Shown here: one piece after another, positions 38,466-48,172 of the stretch
Layout of the letters: every line of letters begins with the position of its first letter
How positions within the stretch are numbered: position 1 is the first letter of the stretch
IMG/VR virus record: IMGVR_UViG_3300002835_000011
DNA length: 64,000 bases
Strand: one strand, 5' to 3'
Source: an uncultured virus (IMG/VR IMGVR_UViG_3300002835_000011)
Lineage: Duplodnaviria; Heunggongvirae; Uroviricota; Caudoviricetes
The notes under the pieces: model-generated
The model's database searches: none
Seen by the model: the letters and a program-made list of their open reading frames with translations, nothing else
What the model was told of the DNA's origin: nothing
Position numbers and translations under genes: made by a program

Positions 38466-38814
38466 CTTTATCTTCTTTATTTTTTTTGTAATCATTTAAA
38501 TACTGCACACATTTTATCCAAACCACTATGGAAACAATAGAATCTATTCTCTCAAAGAAAGAAGAATAGAAATTAAAGATGTTAGCAAACATTTCCATTA
38601 AAGAGAAAAGTCCTATAATAGGAAAGGCTCCCTCCCATAGATATCCTTCATCTGTGTATCTATTATAGTTGAGAAAAGTGTATATCATCAGTCCGATATA
38701 AAGGATTGAAGTTACGTCATGATTGTACCCAGTCAATCTTAGAAATTCATCCGCAGTCCCAACGCTGAAGAAGAATATAAGTGTGTATATAATTCTAGAA
38801 TCTTTTGAGTACAT
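38443..38814 (-). CDS. Membrane protein (about 4 TM segments)
   Basis: Hydrophobic segments. Confidence 0.6.
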   Translation of the reverse strand: MYSKDSRIIYTLIFFFSVGTADEFLRLTGYNHDVTSILYIGLMIYTFLNYNRYTDEGYLWEGAFPIIGLFSLMEMFANIFNFYSSFFERIDSIVSIVVWIKCVQYLNDYKKNKEDKDGSVEEI

Positions 38815-40222
38815 AGAGTTTTTTACTTGATCTTGTGTATGCTGTGTATTTTATTCGGTTCCTTTCAACTACATTAGGGTTAACGTCTATATCATCGTCA
38901 AGAACAAAAGCAGTATTGTAAGTACTACCCTGAGATTTGTGTGCAGTTATAGCATAAGCATAACTCACATCAGCAAATCTTCTCAAAAAATCATAGTATT
39001 TAATCCACGATTTCTCCTTACCTCTTTTTTCTATTGCTATCTTTTTTAATTTATTAGCAAGAACATAAAAGTAAGATTCACTATCCTCATGTAATATATC
39101 TATGTAATAGACTATTTTTTTATCCTCATCGTTAAGAAAACTAACTTTAGCTTCGTAATATTTTAGAATAGCTTCCTCTCCCTCTACTCTAACCTTCTCC
39201 TTCTTTATTTCAAAACCATCCACACTAAACTCGTCGTTAGTATTAAAGATGATCTGATTCATTTCTATAATAGGATTATTCGCAATAAGCTTTTCCCCTA
39301 TTAATATCTTAGATCCCAAATTTTCTTCCCCATAAATAACCTTACGAACAAGATTATTCATTGTATCAACTGTTTTATTTCTCCATGCGATTACTTTGGA
39401 GTATTCAGAATCCTCTTTGAATTCTTCTGTTTTAAAATACAAAGAAAGCAGATCAGTAAAAGAAGTACGTGTTTCTGCTGAGTTTATATCTATAAATTGT
39501 ATGCCCTCCCCGTTATCATTAGTCTTAGATTCACATCCTATATCTATGTAAGGATTTTCTAAATCATTACGGATCGTTACTGACGTGTCTATAATAGGAT
39601 TATCTCCCTTCTGTCTCATTATTGTTTTTAGCTCCAGAGTTTTTATCCCATACATTTCTAATAGATCCTCTCTGAATGGTATACAGTCGGGCTTTCCTAC
39701 TGGTGGGATTTGTGCGGGATCACCCATACATATAATCTTAACCCTATCCCTATATTTAATTATCTCGTGAAATAGATCGTCATTTAACATAGAAACCTCA
39801 TCTATGATTAAAAGCTTTGTCTTTTGGATCTGCGGAACAAAGTCCCCTTGGTTAACAAACTCTTGCTGACCATCCGGAGTTATTCTTTCAGTAAGTCCCA
39901 GCATCTTGTGTATAGTCTGAAAAACCACCCTAGTATTGCGTATACCGGTACTTTTCTTGATAACCCTTACTGATTTATTAGTTGGACCAGTTACGGCTAT
40001 TTTATACCAGTTTTTGTCCGGATATATGACATCTAACACGTAGCGAACTAAAACACTAACACAATAGGTTTTACCAGTTCCTGCCCAACCTTTTAACACA
40101 TAGATATCATCATTCTCTCGGTCGTAAATGAAATTCCTAAGTTCGTTAAATGCTTCCCTTTGGTCTTTATTTAGGGTAGATAAATCTACTACAGACTTGG
40201 AAACTACCTTCTCATCAGACAT
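38795..40222 (-). CDS. dda: SF1B DNA helicase (T4 Dda / RecD-like)
   Basis: GWAGTGKT, IIDEVSM, GDPAQIPPV, MRQ, TAHKSQGST and YTAYTR. Confidence 0.9.
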   Translation of the reverse strand: MSDEKVVSKSVVDLSTLNKDQREAFNELRNFIYDRENDDIYVLKGWAGTGKTYCVSVLVRYVLDVIYPDKNWYKIAVTGPTNKSVRVIKKSTGIRNTRVVFQTIHKMLGLTERITPDGQQEFVNQGDFVPQIQKTKLLIIDEVSMLNDDLFHEIIKYRDRVKIICMGDPAQIPPVGKPDCIPFREDLLEMYGIKTLELKTIMRQKGDNPIIDTSVTIRNDLENPYIDIGCESKTNDNGEGIQFIDINSAETRTSFTDLLSLYFKTEEFKEDSEYSKVIAWRNKTVDTMNNLVRKVIYGEENLGSKILIGEKLIANNPIIEMNQIIFNTNDEFSVDGFEIKKEKVRVEGEEAILKYYEAKVSFLNDEDKKIVYYIDILHEDSESYFYVLANKLKKIAIEKRGKEKSWIKYYDFLRRFADVSYAYAITAHKSQGSTYNTAFVLDDDIDVNPNVVERNRIKYTAYTRSSKKLYVLKRF

Positions 40223-40794
40223 TACTCAATTATTTGATCTATAACTCTTAATCTAATAGCCTCTTGGCTATCCATATACCAATCTTTCTTACCCTTATAA
40301 GCTTTCTCAAGCATCTTTTTAGTTATAGAAGTGCTTTCTAGAGTTATCTCCTCGATGTTTTCTTGGAGTCTTAATATCTCAACTAATTCTTCCTCTATAT
40401 CCTTAACCTTACCAAAAGCTCCTCCAGCTACTTGGTGATATAAATAGGTTGATTTAGGATATCCAAATCTTTTGTGACCTGATATTGCTATTAAAAATCC
40501 GCAAGACATAGCGCATCCAGTTACTATGGTATGGATATCAGTTTTTGAAGATCTCATTATACCGATTAAACCTAAGCACTGATAAACGTATCCTCCATAA
40601 GAATCTATATAAATCTTAATCGGCTTGGGATTATAAGTTAAATCATGGGCTTCGTATATTTTTTTAATGTACGCGTCATGTTCACTAATTTCTACGATTT
40701 CCTTAGATAAGGCGTTTATGGAACTTTGTGTAACTTGTTTGTCGAAGAAAAGATTCCTTTCCTTGGGATTTGGTAAATTGATTGTGTCTGCCAT
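40222..40794 (-). CDS. clpP: ClpP-like protease subunit
   Basis: IYIDSYGG, GCAMSCG (catalytic Ser), YLYHQ and DWYM...EA. Confidence 0.85.
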   Translation of the reverse strand: MADTINLPNPKERNLFFDKQVTQSSINALSKEIVEISEHDAYIKKIYEAHDLTYNPKPIKIYIDSYGGYVYQCLGLIGIMRSSKTDIHTIVTGCAMSCGFLIAISGHKRFGYPKSTYLYHQVAGGAFGKVKDIEEELVEILRLQENIEEITLESTSITKKMLEKAYKGKKDWYMDSQEAIRLRVIDQIIE

Positions 40795-41319
40795 TTATTT
40801 ACTTATTTGTATTTTTATTTTATGTAAGCAATCCTTATCGTACAGATTAAATATCGGTATAGATAGATCCTTAGCTATTCTTAAAGCTTGTCCAGTTCCC
40901 CCTGATATTTTACCTCCTGTTGTCCAACAAACGACAAAAGATACAGGGCTTTGTAAATCTGGTCCTAAAACCTGAAAACTGTTTCTTGTCATTAGCTTTT
41001 TTGCAGCAAGGGAAAGCTGGTTCCATCTTGGATGATATTTCATCGCTGTTGATTTAGCTTTCTGTACAAACTCTATATTCATATTATCCAGATAAAGTTC
41101 CGAATCATTATCATTGAAACCTCTCCAAGGAAGATATATTTCCTTGTTATCTCCTGAATATTTCTCAAACATCGAATCTGCGCCAGGTGCGCCACCTGAT
41201 CTTAAAATATAACCGAATTTTGGAAGTATATTACAGATCTCCTCTATCATCGGTTCTATTCCCGGCGGGGTTTCTCTAGATCCTATTCCCGCATAATACT
41301 TAACAGGTAAATCTATCAT
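40795..41319 (-). CDS. SLOG / DprA-like Rossmann protein
   Basis: YAGIGSRETP, LRSGGAPGAD, RN..QVLG and GGTGQA. Confidence 0.8.
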   Translation of the reverse strand: MIDLPVKYYAGIGSRETPPGIEPMIEEICNILPKFGYILRSGGAPGADSMFEKYSGDNKEIYLPWRGFNDNDSELYLDNMNIEFVQKAKSTAMKYHPRWNQLSLAAKKLMTRNSFQVLGPDLQSPVSFVVCWTTGGKISGGTGQALRIAKDLSIPIFNLYDKDCLHKIKIQISK

Positions 41320-41846
41320 TATATTACCCCTCTCTTTTCTAGGATAGATTCAACCTCTTCCCAATCTACAAATCCTCTTGTTGATATTGATTTGTCATAC
41401 TTGAGTGGACATCCTAGAGCAGCATCATCTATATAGATCTCACAATATGCTTTAGGAGATGAGGTCCACGAAGATTGTAAAGGATTTGTTTGTATACCCC
41501 ACAGAGGTATTTCGTTTTCTTTAAACCAATTTACTGCGTCAGCTAAAAATTTGTCACATCGCATTGTCCAGAGAACTAGCATGTTACCTGATTCGCACAT
41601 TCTTTTTAGTACAGGAACTGATCCTATGTCTTTTCCAACGTAAGGAAAATCATGGGTAACACAAGTTCCGTCAAAATCAACGCCAATAACAATTCCCTTC
41701 TTATTTCCTTGCTCAAGTGGGGGCAATTCGCTTAAAGATTCTCTAGAAATAATAGAGTTTCTTAGTGCTCTTCCTAAATCTGAATCATTTGGGTATTTTT
41801 CTATTAGATCCTTAATATATTGGATCCCTCCCATTCCTTTTCCCAT
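41319..41846 (-). CDS. HAD-superfamily phosphatase
   Basis: VDFDGT, LWTMR and SPK....YIDD. Confidence 0.85.
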   Translation of the reverse strand: MGKGMGGIQYIKDLIEKYPNDSDLGRALRNSIISRESLSELPPLEQGNKKGIVIGVDFDGTCVTHDFPYVGKDIGSVPVLKRMCESGNMLVLWTMRCDKFLADAVNWFKENEIPLWGIQTNPLQSSWTSSPKAYCEIYIDDAALGCPLKYDKSISTRGFVDWEEVESILEKRGVI

Positions 41847-41883
41847 AAAAACGTTTTAATTATTATAGTCAAAAAAGGAAGTT

Positions 41884-42402
41884 TTATTTCGATATACTCA
41901 GACTTGCTTCATGATAGTCGAGTAAATTGTCGCTTCCTCTTTCACCTGATGGTACTCTAACTTTCTGTATGTCCCAGAATTCCTCTAGTGTTTCATCGGT
42001 AAAAAATCCGAAAGGGAAAACAAGACTACATAGATCATCTATATTTAGAGTTTCTAAGTTATTTACTTTCATCTTATATGCTATATAGTTAGCATACATA
42101 ACGCACTCGCCAGGAGTTCTACAAAAAATGGAACATAATATAAGAGCCTCTTTTGACATTATCCTATTTAGATTTTCTATTCTGTCTTTTAGTATCGACA
42201 AAGACGCGGACTCATTTTTTAATTTTTCGTAAAGATCATCGATTGACCCACCACCTTTATTTTTCTCCAAAATGAGGTGCATCAATATCATAGCCTCCTG
42301 GTCGTTCAGTGGCTTAGTCTTTCCCCTTTTTTCCAGTTCTTTACAAAAGATATTCTCTATAGAGTCTTGCTCCTCTGTTACTTCGTAATCTAAATATTTC
42401 AT
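41884..42402 (-). CDS. Hypothetical protein
   Basis: 172-aa ORF. Confidence 0.6.
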   Translation of the reverse strand: MKYLDYEVTEEQDSIENIFCKELEKRGKTKPLNDQEAMILMHLILEKNKGGGSIDDLYEKLKNESASLSILKDRIENLNRIMSKEALILCSIFCRTPGECVMYANYIAYKMKVNNLETLNIDDLCSLVFPFGFFTDETLEEFWDIQKVRVPSGERGSDNLLDYHEASLSISK

Positions 42403-43016
42403 TTTATTGTTTTTACTATTTTATAAACTGTAGCAGATGAGCATTTAAATATTCTAGAAATTTCTTCAATAGAAACACCCCATCTTACCATGTATTTTAT
42501 TTTTATCTTATTTTCTTCACCCCATGCAGGATGTCTAAGATTTTCATAGTATCCAACTTTTTCGTTGTGTTCCTTAAGCTTTGTTTTATTCTCTGGATAT
42601 TTTTCTATATTTCTCTTAGAATTCTCTGATGCAGTTATCCATTTAAGATTTGTAACCATATTATTCTCATAATTTCCGTCTATATGAGTAACAAAAACAT
42701 GTTTCTTGGATGGTCTTTTTATAAAAGACTCTGCAACTAATTTGTGCAGATATGCTGTTTTGTTACTATTTAACACCTTAGTAGCATATAAAGAACAGAA
42801 AAGATGCGGGTTTTCTTTAGATCTTCTAACAGATACTATCCTCTCATTGAGCCAATAAGTATATTTATTAGCAGGGCCACCACGAGTTACATGTCTCCCT
42901 TTAGTTTTTATTCTACCTAAATTGCTAACTTGATAATATTTTCGAAATATATGATGATTAACGTCTTTCCATATTTCTACAGGATCACTACATAGAATTT
43001 TCTTACTGTTCTCCAT
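42399..43016 (-). CDS. NUMOD4-HNH homing endonuclease with C-terminal HTH
   Basis: EIWKDV..YQVSNLGRIK, HKLVA..F and HIDGN..NN...NLKW.T..EN. Confidence 0.88.
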   Translation of the reverse strand: MENSKKILCSDPVEIWKDVNHHIFRKYYQVSNLGRIKTKGRHVTRGGPANKYTYWLNERIVSVRRSKENPHLFCSLYATKVLNSNKTAYLHKLVAESFIKRPSKKHVFVTHIDGNYENNMVTNLKWITASENSKRNIEKYPENKTKLKEHNEKVGYYENLRHPAWGEENKIKIKYMVRWGVSIEEISRIFKCSSATVYKIVKTIK

Positions 43017-43227
43017 TTCTGTCGAACTTAAGTTCTCCATCAACATATACTTTTATAATAGACGGATCCTTCGTAATTCTCCGAATATAAGCACCCGGAT
43101 TTTTTATCTTATCATAGACTAATCGGATTTCTTTATCATTGAAAGTTTCTACCACAGATCCACCAGGAATATGGCTCTCTGGATTAGTACGATAATTGTC
43201 TTTTACTTTAATTACTTTTTCTGCCAT
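43003..43227 (-). CDS. Hypothetical protein
   Basis: Start moved to MAEKVIK; TACATTTG promoter at 43242-43249. Confidence 0.6.
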   Translation of the reverse strand: MAEKVIKVKDNYRTNPESHIPGGSVVETFNDKEIRLVYDKIKNPGAYIRRITKDPSIIKVYVDGELKFDRNGEQ

Positions 43228-43476
43228 ACAATATGTTTTTTCAAATGTAGAGATTAAATTAGGAATAAAAAAATGATTCCTACCACCAAAGATATTTTGC
43301 ATGTTTATAATTCGGGGACACACCCGGATATTCACCGTTTAATTGTCTTTTAAGATCACTTTTAAGCTTAGCCCTCTGTATTCTATTCAAGGGCCTTCTA
43401 AAGTGCTTATGCGATCATTTAAACCACATATTTTATCAATAAAAATCCCAGTATATTTATTGGAGTTAAAAAAGAT

Positions 43477-44253
43477 TTAAGCTATAACTCCCTCAGATTT
43501 ACCCCATGTTTTCTTATACGGACCTTTATATCTGAATGATGCAGTTTTTTGCGGGTTTCTATTAGCAACACTACTCCAAGTATTTATGTTGTAGTTCATT
43601 TCTATTTGTCCTTTCTTATCACCTTTGAATCCTCCAGATGAATTTGATATAATATTATTTCCTTCAACAACAACACCAACGTGTCCAGCTTTACTTCCTC
43701 TTGCTGTAATAATTATATCTCCCGGCTTAGACTCAGTTGCCCAGTTGGTTATTTTTTCCCATACACCATCCGCTTTAGAACTTTCCTTTTCCATGTGGTT
43801 GTACATATGGCCCGTTCCTAAAGTTATAGCTCCAGATCCTGCGATAGCATATCCGGTAGCTCTATAAAAAATAATAGATACTGCAGCAGCACATCCGAGA
43901 TTTCCGTTTTTAGTACCAGGTATCTTTCTTGTTGAAACATTTAAATTAGCGTAAGCTGAATTTACAATATTACCAATTGGTCCAGCTAGAGGAAGATTCA
44001 TAGGAGCGTTATCACTCTTATCACTTATACCAACAGTAGATCCATAGTTGTCTAATTGATCAGTACTTAATTTAACAACTGGGACTAAAGCATTCCCTAA
44101 TCCAGTTGGGTTTTCTGCGGGGATCATACCAGGCTCTTCTTGTCCAGTCTCTTCTACAGATATTCCCATCAATTTATTGAATACTGCCATTTCTCTACTG
44201 AAAAGCTGCTCATATAATAAACTGAATTCTGAGATATTTTTTATATGTTTCAT
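43477..44253 (-). CDS. NlpC/P60-CHAP-like putative peptidoglycan amidase with EQLF leader
   Basis: GCAAAVS, PGDII, GHVGVV and SNSS; MKHIKNISEF..YEQLF leader. Confidence 0.75.
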   Translation of the reverse strand: MKHIKNISEFSLLYEQLFSREMAVFNKLMGISVEETGQEEPGMIPAENPTGLGNALVPVVKLSTDQLDNYGSTVGISDKSDNAPMNLPLAGPIGNIVNSAYANLNVSTRKIPGTKNGNLGCAAAVSIIFYRATGYAIAGSGAITLGTGHMYNHMEKESSKADGVWEKITNWATESKPGDIIITARGSKAGHVGVVVEGNNIISNSSGGFKGDKKGQIEMNYNINTWSSVANRNPQKTASFRYKGPYKKTWGKSEGVIA

Positions 44254-44261
44254 CCTATTAA

Positions 44262-44942
44262 TTATATTTTGGAAAGTAGATCCGAAGTAGCATCTTTATT
44301 TGTTTCCTTGTGGTCGTTATTACCACTAGTCTTTTTGTAAGTCAGTGTATCAGCAATAGTTTTTGTTGCATCGTCGTTACCAGATCCTGACTTTGTGTAA
44401 AAATATCTAAGCTTCTCCTTGTTGTTTTTTGCTAGCTCTTTATAAAAATCAGCAACTTTGCCATTACCCAAAAATATATCAGCCATATAAATAGCATCAA
44501 ACTCTGAGGCTCCGTAAGTTTTTAGAAGAGACATACCCTGCTCTGATCCCTTAGAAAAAATATAAAGGACCTTTTTAGCAGGTTTTACAGATTTATCTTC
44601 TAGCTGTTTTTTTACATTCTTATAAGATTTAGCTCCATCTACTGCACCATCTTTAGCGATAAAAAGATTTATAGATCCAATCTTTCCGGTAAAATTGTTA
44701 GCGATATATTCGCCGCTCTTTTTTCCGTCTATATCTTCCCCTCCATAAACAACAACTAAATTTGCTTTTTTATCACTGGCTATACTAAGAGCTCCTTCGT
44801 TTTTTAGATCTACACTCTCTGCTTTTTTAGCAGTTTCAGAAGAAGCTCCGAGCATCTTAGCAAAGAGCTCTGCTGATTTAGCAAAAAGCTGCTCATTGAT
44901 CTCTGTAAATTCGTGTATGGTTTTAAGGTGCTTCAAAATCAT
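44262..44942 (-). CDS. Alpha/beta-hydrolase-like protein with EQLF leader
   Basis: VVVYGG, LYIFSKG elbow-like motif, C-terminal His; leader; GATATATA at 44954-44961. Confidence 0.5.
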   Translation of the reverse strand: MILKHLKTIHEFTEINEQLFAKSAELFAKMLGASSETAKKAESVDLKNEGALSIASDKKANLVVVYGGEDIDGKKSGEYIANNFTGKIGSINLFIAKDGAVDGAKSYKNVKKQLEDKSVKPAKKVLYIFSKGSEQGMSLLKTYGASEFDAIYMADIFLGNGKVADFYKELAKNNKEKLRYFYTKSGSGNDDATKTIADTLTYKKTSGNNDHKETNKDATSDLLSKI

Positions 44943-44965
44943 TAATTATAGTGTATATATCAATA

Positions 44966-45940
44966 TCACTTATTTAATATCCAATAGAAAATAAGAGGAG
45001 CAACTATAGTTGCATCGGATTCAACTACAAATTTAGGAGTGTCAGTATCTAGTTTACCCCATGTAATTTTTTCATTAGGTACTGCACCAGAGTAAGATCC
45101 ATATGAAGTAGTCGAATCCGATATTTGACAGAAGTAAGCCCAGAATGGAACGTCTTCCCACTCAAGATCCTGATACATCATAGGAACCACGCATATAGGA
45201 AAATCCCCTGCGATACCACCGCCTATTTGGAAGAATCCTATTCCCATACCAGAGCAATTACTTTTGTACCATTCGCTCAGCTCGACCATATATTCGATCC
45301 CACTTTTAACTGTGTCTGCCTTTAGCTCGCCTTTAATAACATACGAAGCAAATATATTTCCCATAGTTGAATCCTCCCACCCGGGAACAACCATAGGAAG
45401 ATTTCTTTTAGCGGCTTCGACCATCCAAGAATCTTTAGGATCAATTTCATAATACTGTGCAAGTACTCCGCTATTGATTAATTTATACATATATTCATGA
45501 GGAAAATATCTCTCACCCCTATCTTCAGCTTCTTTCCATATATCATATATGTAGGATTGTAGTCTCCTAAAAGCTTCCTCCTCGGGAATACAAGTATCTG
45601 TTACCCTGTTCCATCCTTTGTCTAAAAGCTCTCTTTCTTCTTGTGGTGTTAGATCCCTATAATTTGGTATTCTTTTATAGTGAGAGTGAGCTACTAGATT
45701 CATTATATCCTCCTCTAAATTCGCACCAGTACACGAAATAATATCAACTTTTCCTTCTCTAATCATTTCAGCAAGGGATATACCAAGCTCTGCAGTACTC
45801 ATTGCACCGCCTAATGATATTAGCATTTTACCTCCGTGGTCTACATGATGTGAATATGCTACAGCTGCATCTTTTAAAGCTGCAGCATTAAAGTGTTTAT
45901 AGTTTCTTTCTATAAATTGAGAGATCGGGCCTTTTTTCAT
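44966..45940 (-). CDS. Deoxyhypusine synthase-like protein (probable homospermidine synthase)
   Basis: HFNAA, GAMSTAELG, TGANLEED, IGGGIAGDF, SGAVPNEKITWGK and SDATI. Confidence 0.93.
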   Translation of the reverse strand: MKKGPISQFIERNYKHFNAAALKDAAVAYSHHVDHGGKMLISLGGAMSTAELGISLAEMIREGKVDIISCTGANLEEDIMNLVAHSHYKRIPNYRDLTPQEERELLDKGWNRVTDTCIPEEEAFRRLQSYIYDIWKEAEDRGERYFPHEYMYKLINSGVLAQYYEIDPKDSWMVEAAKRNLPMVVPGWEDSTMGNIFASYVIKGELKADTVKSGIEYMVELSEWYKSNCSGMGIGFFQIGGGIAGDFPICVVPMMYQDLEWEDVPFWAYFCQISDSTTSYGSYSGAVPNEKITWGKLDTDTPKFVVESDATIVAPLIFYWILNK

Positions 45941-46034
45941 AAAATGTTTTCTCTATTATATCAATCAACCGCTTTTTTATTTCTTGATATATAATGAATA
46001 TGAAATAAAACGGGTTAACCTCAATAAAAATAAC

Positions 46035-46250
46035 ATGCAGACATACGAAAAGAAAATACAAGAGCTAGGAAGAGAAATAGCTGATGAAATTATCAACAAG
46101 GAGAAAAATCCTAAATGGGAAATAATCTTAGACCAAAACAAAGTGGCTAGATCATTATCTAACATCTACGACAAAGGGTTGAAAACTACATTTGAGGATC
46201 TTGATAATTCAGTTAGGAAAAACCTAGCTAGGATGAGAAATGACATTTAA
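46035..46250 (+). CDS. Hypothetical protein
   Basis: Start moved downstream of GATATATA at 45986-45993. Confidence 0.5.
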   Translation: MQTYEKKIQELGREIADEIINKEKNPKWEIILDQNKVARSLSNIYDKGLKTTFEDLDNSVRKNLARMRNDI

Positions 46251-46282
46251 TATGTCATAAGAATTCAATAAGAGAAATAGAT

Positions 46283-46591
46283 CTATATAGTTCTAACCAG
46301 TCTAACGTAATACTGGTTAGTCTTCTCTATGATGTGCGGAGAATATCCAACACTAAGATCATAATACCAAGCCTTAGAGGAATAAGATGAATATGACCAA
46401 TATCTAGCAGGTTTGAACCCACCTATACCTAATTTGTAAAGATCATTAATCGTTTTGAATTCGCTTTCATAAGGAAGTCTCCATCCATTTCCACCAAGAG
46501 CTTCAATCTCGTCTGAGATACTAGTCCAGGCCATTTTACCAGGAAGGTCTTGCCCCATTATTTCTAAATTTCCCTTTATTATATTGATCAT
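46283..46591 (-). CDS. DUF1566 / Lcl-like (CLec-fold) protein
   Basis: GWRLP..E, YWS and YVRLVR. Confidence 0.7.
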   Translation of the reverse strand: MINIIKGNLEIMGQDLPGKMAWTSISDEIEALGGNGWRLPYESEFKTINDLYKLGIGGFKPARYWSYSSYSSKAWYYDLSVGYSPHIIEKTNQYYVRLVRTI

Positions 46592-46629
46592 ATGAGTATA
46601 TATTAAGAAATACTAAATAACACAAAAAT

Positions 46630-47085
46630 ATGTTCAAATACATCTCTCAAATAATAGCTCAGTTCTCAACACCGCAAAAGATAATAGCACTATCACTTAT
46701 CCTGTTATCAATCATTATAATTACAATTTCACCCTCGCTAATACAAGATAAGAGCGATCTAAAAAATGAACTAGATAACATGGACGCTAAAATAAAAAAG
46801 ATGGAGAGTGATTTAATGTACAAGGACGACTTAATAAGAAATGAACAAAGAAACTGCACCAATCAGATTGTAGAAAGGGAGAAAGAATTTATATCTATGC
46901 TAGATCATTTAAGGGGGAAGGCTAAAAGCTCAGATAACCAAATAATAAGACAAACAAATCTAGAAGCTTATAGAACTGTGGATTCCCTAGGTCCAAACAG
47001 GACTTCCACTATAATAGTAAAAAGGGACAATAGCGAAATAATAAACGAAATTGATCTTATTAAGAAAGAAATTAATAAGCATTAA
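46630..47085 (+). CDS. N-terminal TM plus coiled-coil protein
   Basis: IIALSLILLSIIIITI followed by heptads. Confidence 0.65.
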   Translation: MFKYISQIIAQFSTPQKIIALSLILLSIIIITISPSLIQDKSDLKNELDNMDAKIKKMESDLMYKDDLIRNEQRNCTNQIVEREKEFISMLDHLRGKAKSSDNQIIRQTNLEAYRTVDSLGPNRTSTIIVKRDNSEIINEIDLIKKEINKH

Positions 47086-47457
47086 CTATCTAGGAAAATC
47101 CTTACCTCTTTTAATCATATTGATTTCGTAATCAGCAGGTTTAAAAGTATCTATAGTTATTTGGATAGCTTTTTCTACATCCATATCCTTACAAGAAAAT
47201 ATATCTATAAAGCAATATCCCTTTTCTTCAAACGAATGTACAGATAGATGGCTTTCAGCTATAATAACAATTCCTGTTATTCCTTTATCTTCTGGAACTA
47301 AACCAGAATAAGGAAAAACGTATGGCTGTGTTATAGGGGTCATTTTAATTAATTCTGGAAGACTCTTTAAGTAATTAAAGTGTAGCTCGTAATTTGCTAA
47401 AGTTTCTTTTGGGCATCCTTTTAGATCTATAGTAATGTGAGGGCCGAATTCTTCCAT
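47086..47457 (-). CDS. speD: Pyruvoyl-dependent S-adenosylmethionine decarboxylase-like proenzyme
   Basis: GPHITIDL, self-cleavage motif IAESHLSVH, DIFSC; GATATATA at 47481-47488. Confidence 0.92.
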   Translation of the reverse strand: MEEFGPHITIDLKGCPKETLANYELHFNYLKSLPELIKMTPITQPYVFPYSGLVPEDKGITGIVIIAESHLSVHSFEEKGYCFIDIFSCKDMDVEKAIQITIDTFKPADYEINMIKRGKDFPR

Positions 47458-47500
47458 TTCTTAATCATTTATTTATTGATTATATATCCCCCCTCCCACT

Positions 47501-47540
47501 AAAAAAAAACAAAAAAAGCCGGCTTTTTAGAAAGCCGGCT
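47501..47540 (-). terminator. Intrinsic terminator
   Basis: AGCCGGCTTT-ttag-AAAGCCGGCT hairpin with a T-tract on the minus strand. Confidence 0.8.
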
Positions 47541-47564
47541 AATAATTTATTAACAATATACTAC

Positions 47565-48038
47565 TTATAATTTAGAATTTATTAAAGAATCAAAGTTACC
47601 CCAGATGTGAAAAAATCTATTAAGAATATCCCCGGGGTTAAGTTGAACTTTTTTACCATCGTCCAATAGGAGGGTTATCTCATGTTTTCTTCTTCGATTA
47701 CCTTTCCATCTTGTATCCTTATAAGCTTTAACTATTTTTACTATAGGATCTCTTCCGTTCTTCCAATCACTAATACTCATTTTTCTAGGAGGATAGAACA
47801 TCATATCAAAAAATCTTTTAATGAGGGTCATGTCTTTATCTTCGGTAACCTCGTCATTAACTTCCAATTTATTAAGAAGTTCCTCGTAGGCATTTCTTAT
47901 ACGATAGGTGGTTAGGAACATGTCTCGATTTTCTGTGCTGTCCTTAAAAAGAATGTGGTTGGGACCGATCCAAGCTTTTGCAGACTTGTCATTTTTTAAT
48001 GCTAAAATAGCTTCAATTGTTGCTTCTCTTTTTTCCAT
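47565..48038 (-). CDS. Hypothetical protein
   Basis: 157-aa ORF with its own TAAAC-N18-TATAAT promoter and terminator. Confidence 0.65.
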   Translation of the reverse strand: MEKREATIEAILALKNDKSAKAWIGPNHILFKDSTENRDMFLTTYRIRNAYEELLNKLEVNDEVTEDKDMTLIKRFFDMMFYPPRKMSISDWKNGRDPIVKIVKAYKDTRWKGNRRRKHEITLLLDDGKKVQLNPGDILNRFFHIWGNFDSLINSKL

Positions 48039-48125
48039 AATTTTAAATTTTATTTTTATTTAATTTATACAGATATTATATGCAGAGGTTTTAAAAAAGT
48101 TTACGTTTTTGAAAAAAAAACCAAT

Positions 48126-48148
48126 AAAAAAACCCGTCGCCGGGTTTT
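48126..48148 (-). terminator. Intrinsic terminator
   Basis: AAAACCCG-tcgc-CGGGTTTT hairpin. Confidence 0.75.
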
Positions 48149-48172
48149 CTCTATTGTATAGTTTAGGTTTAA

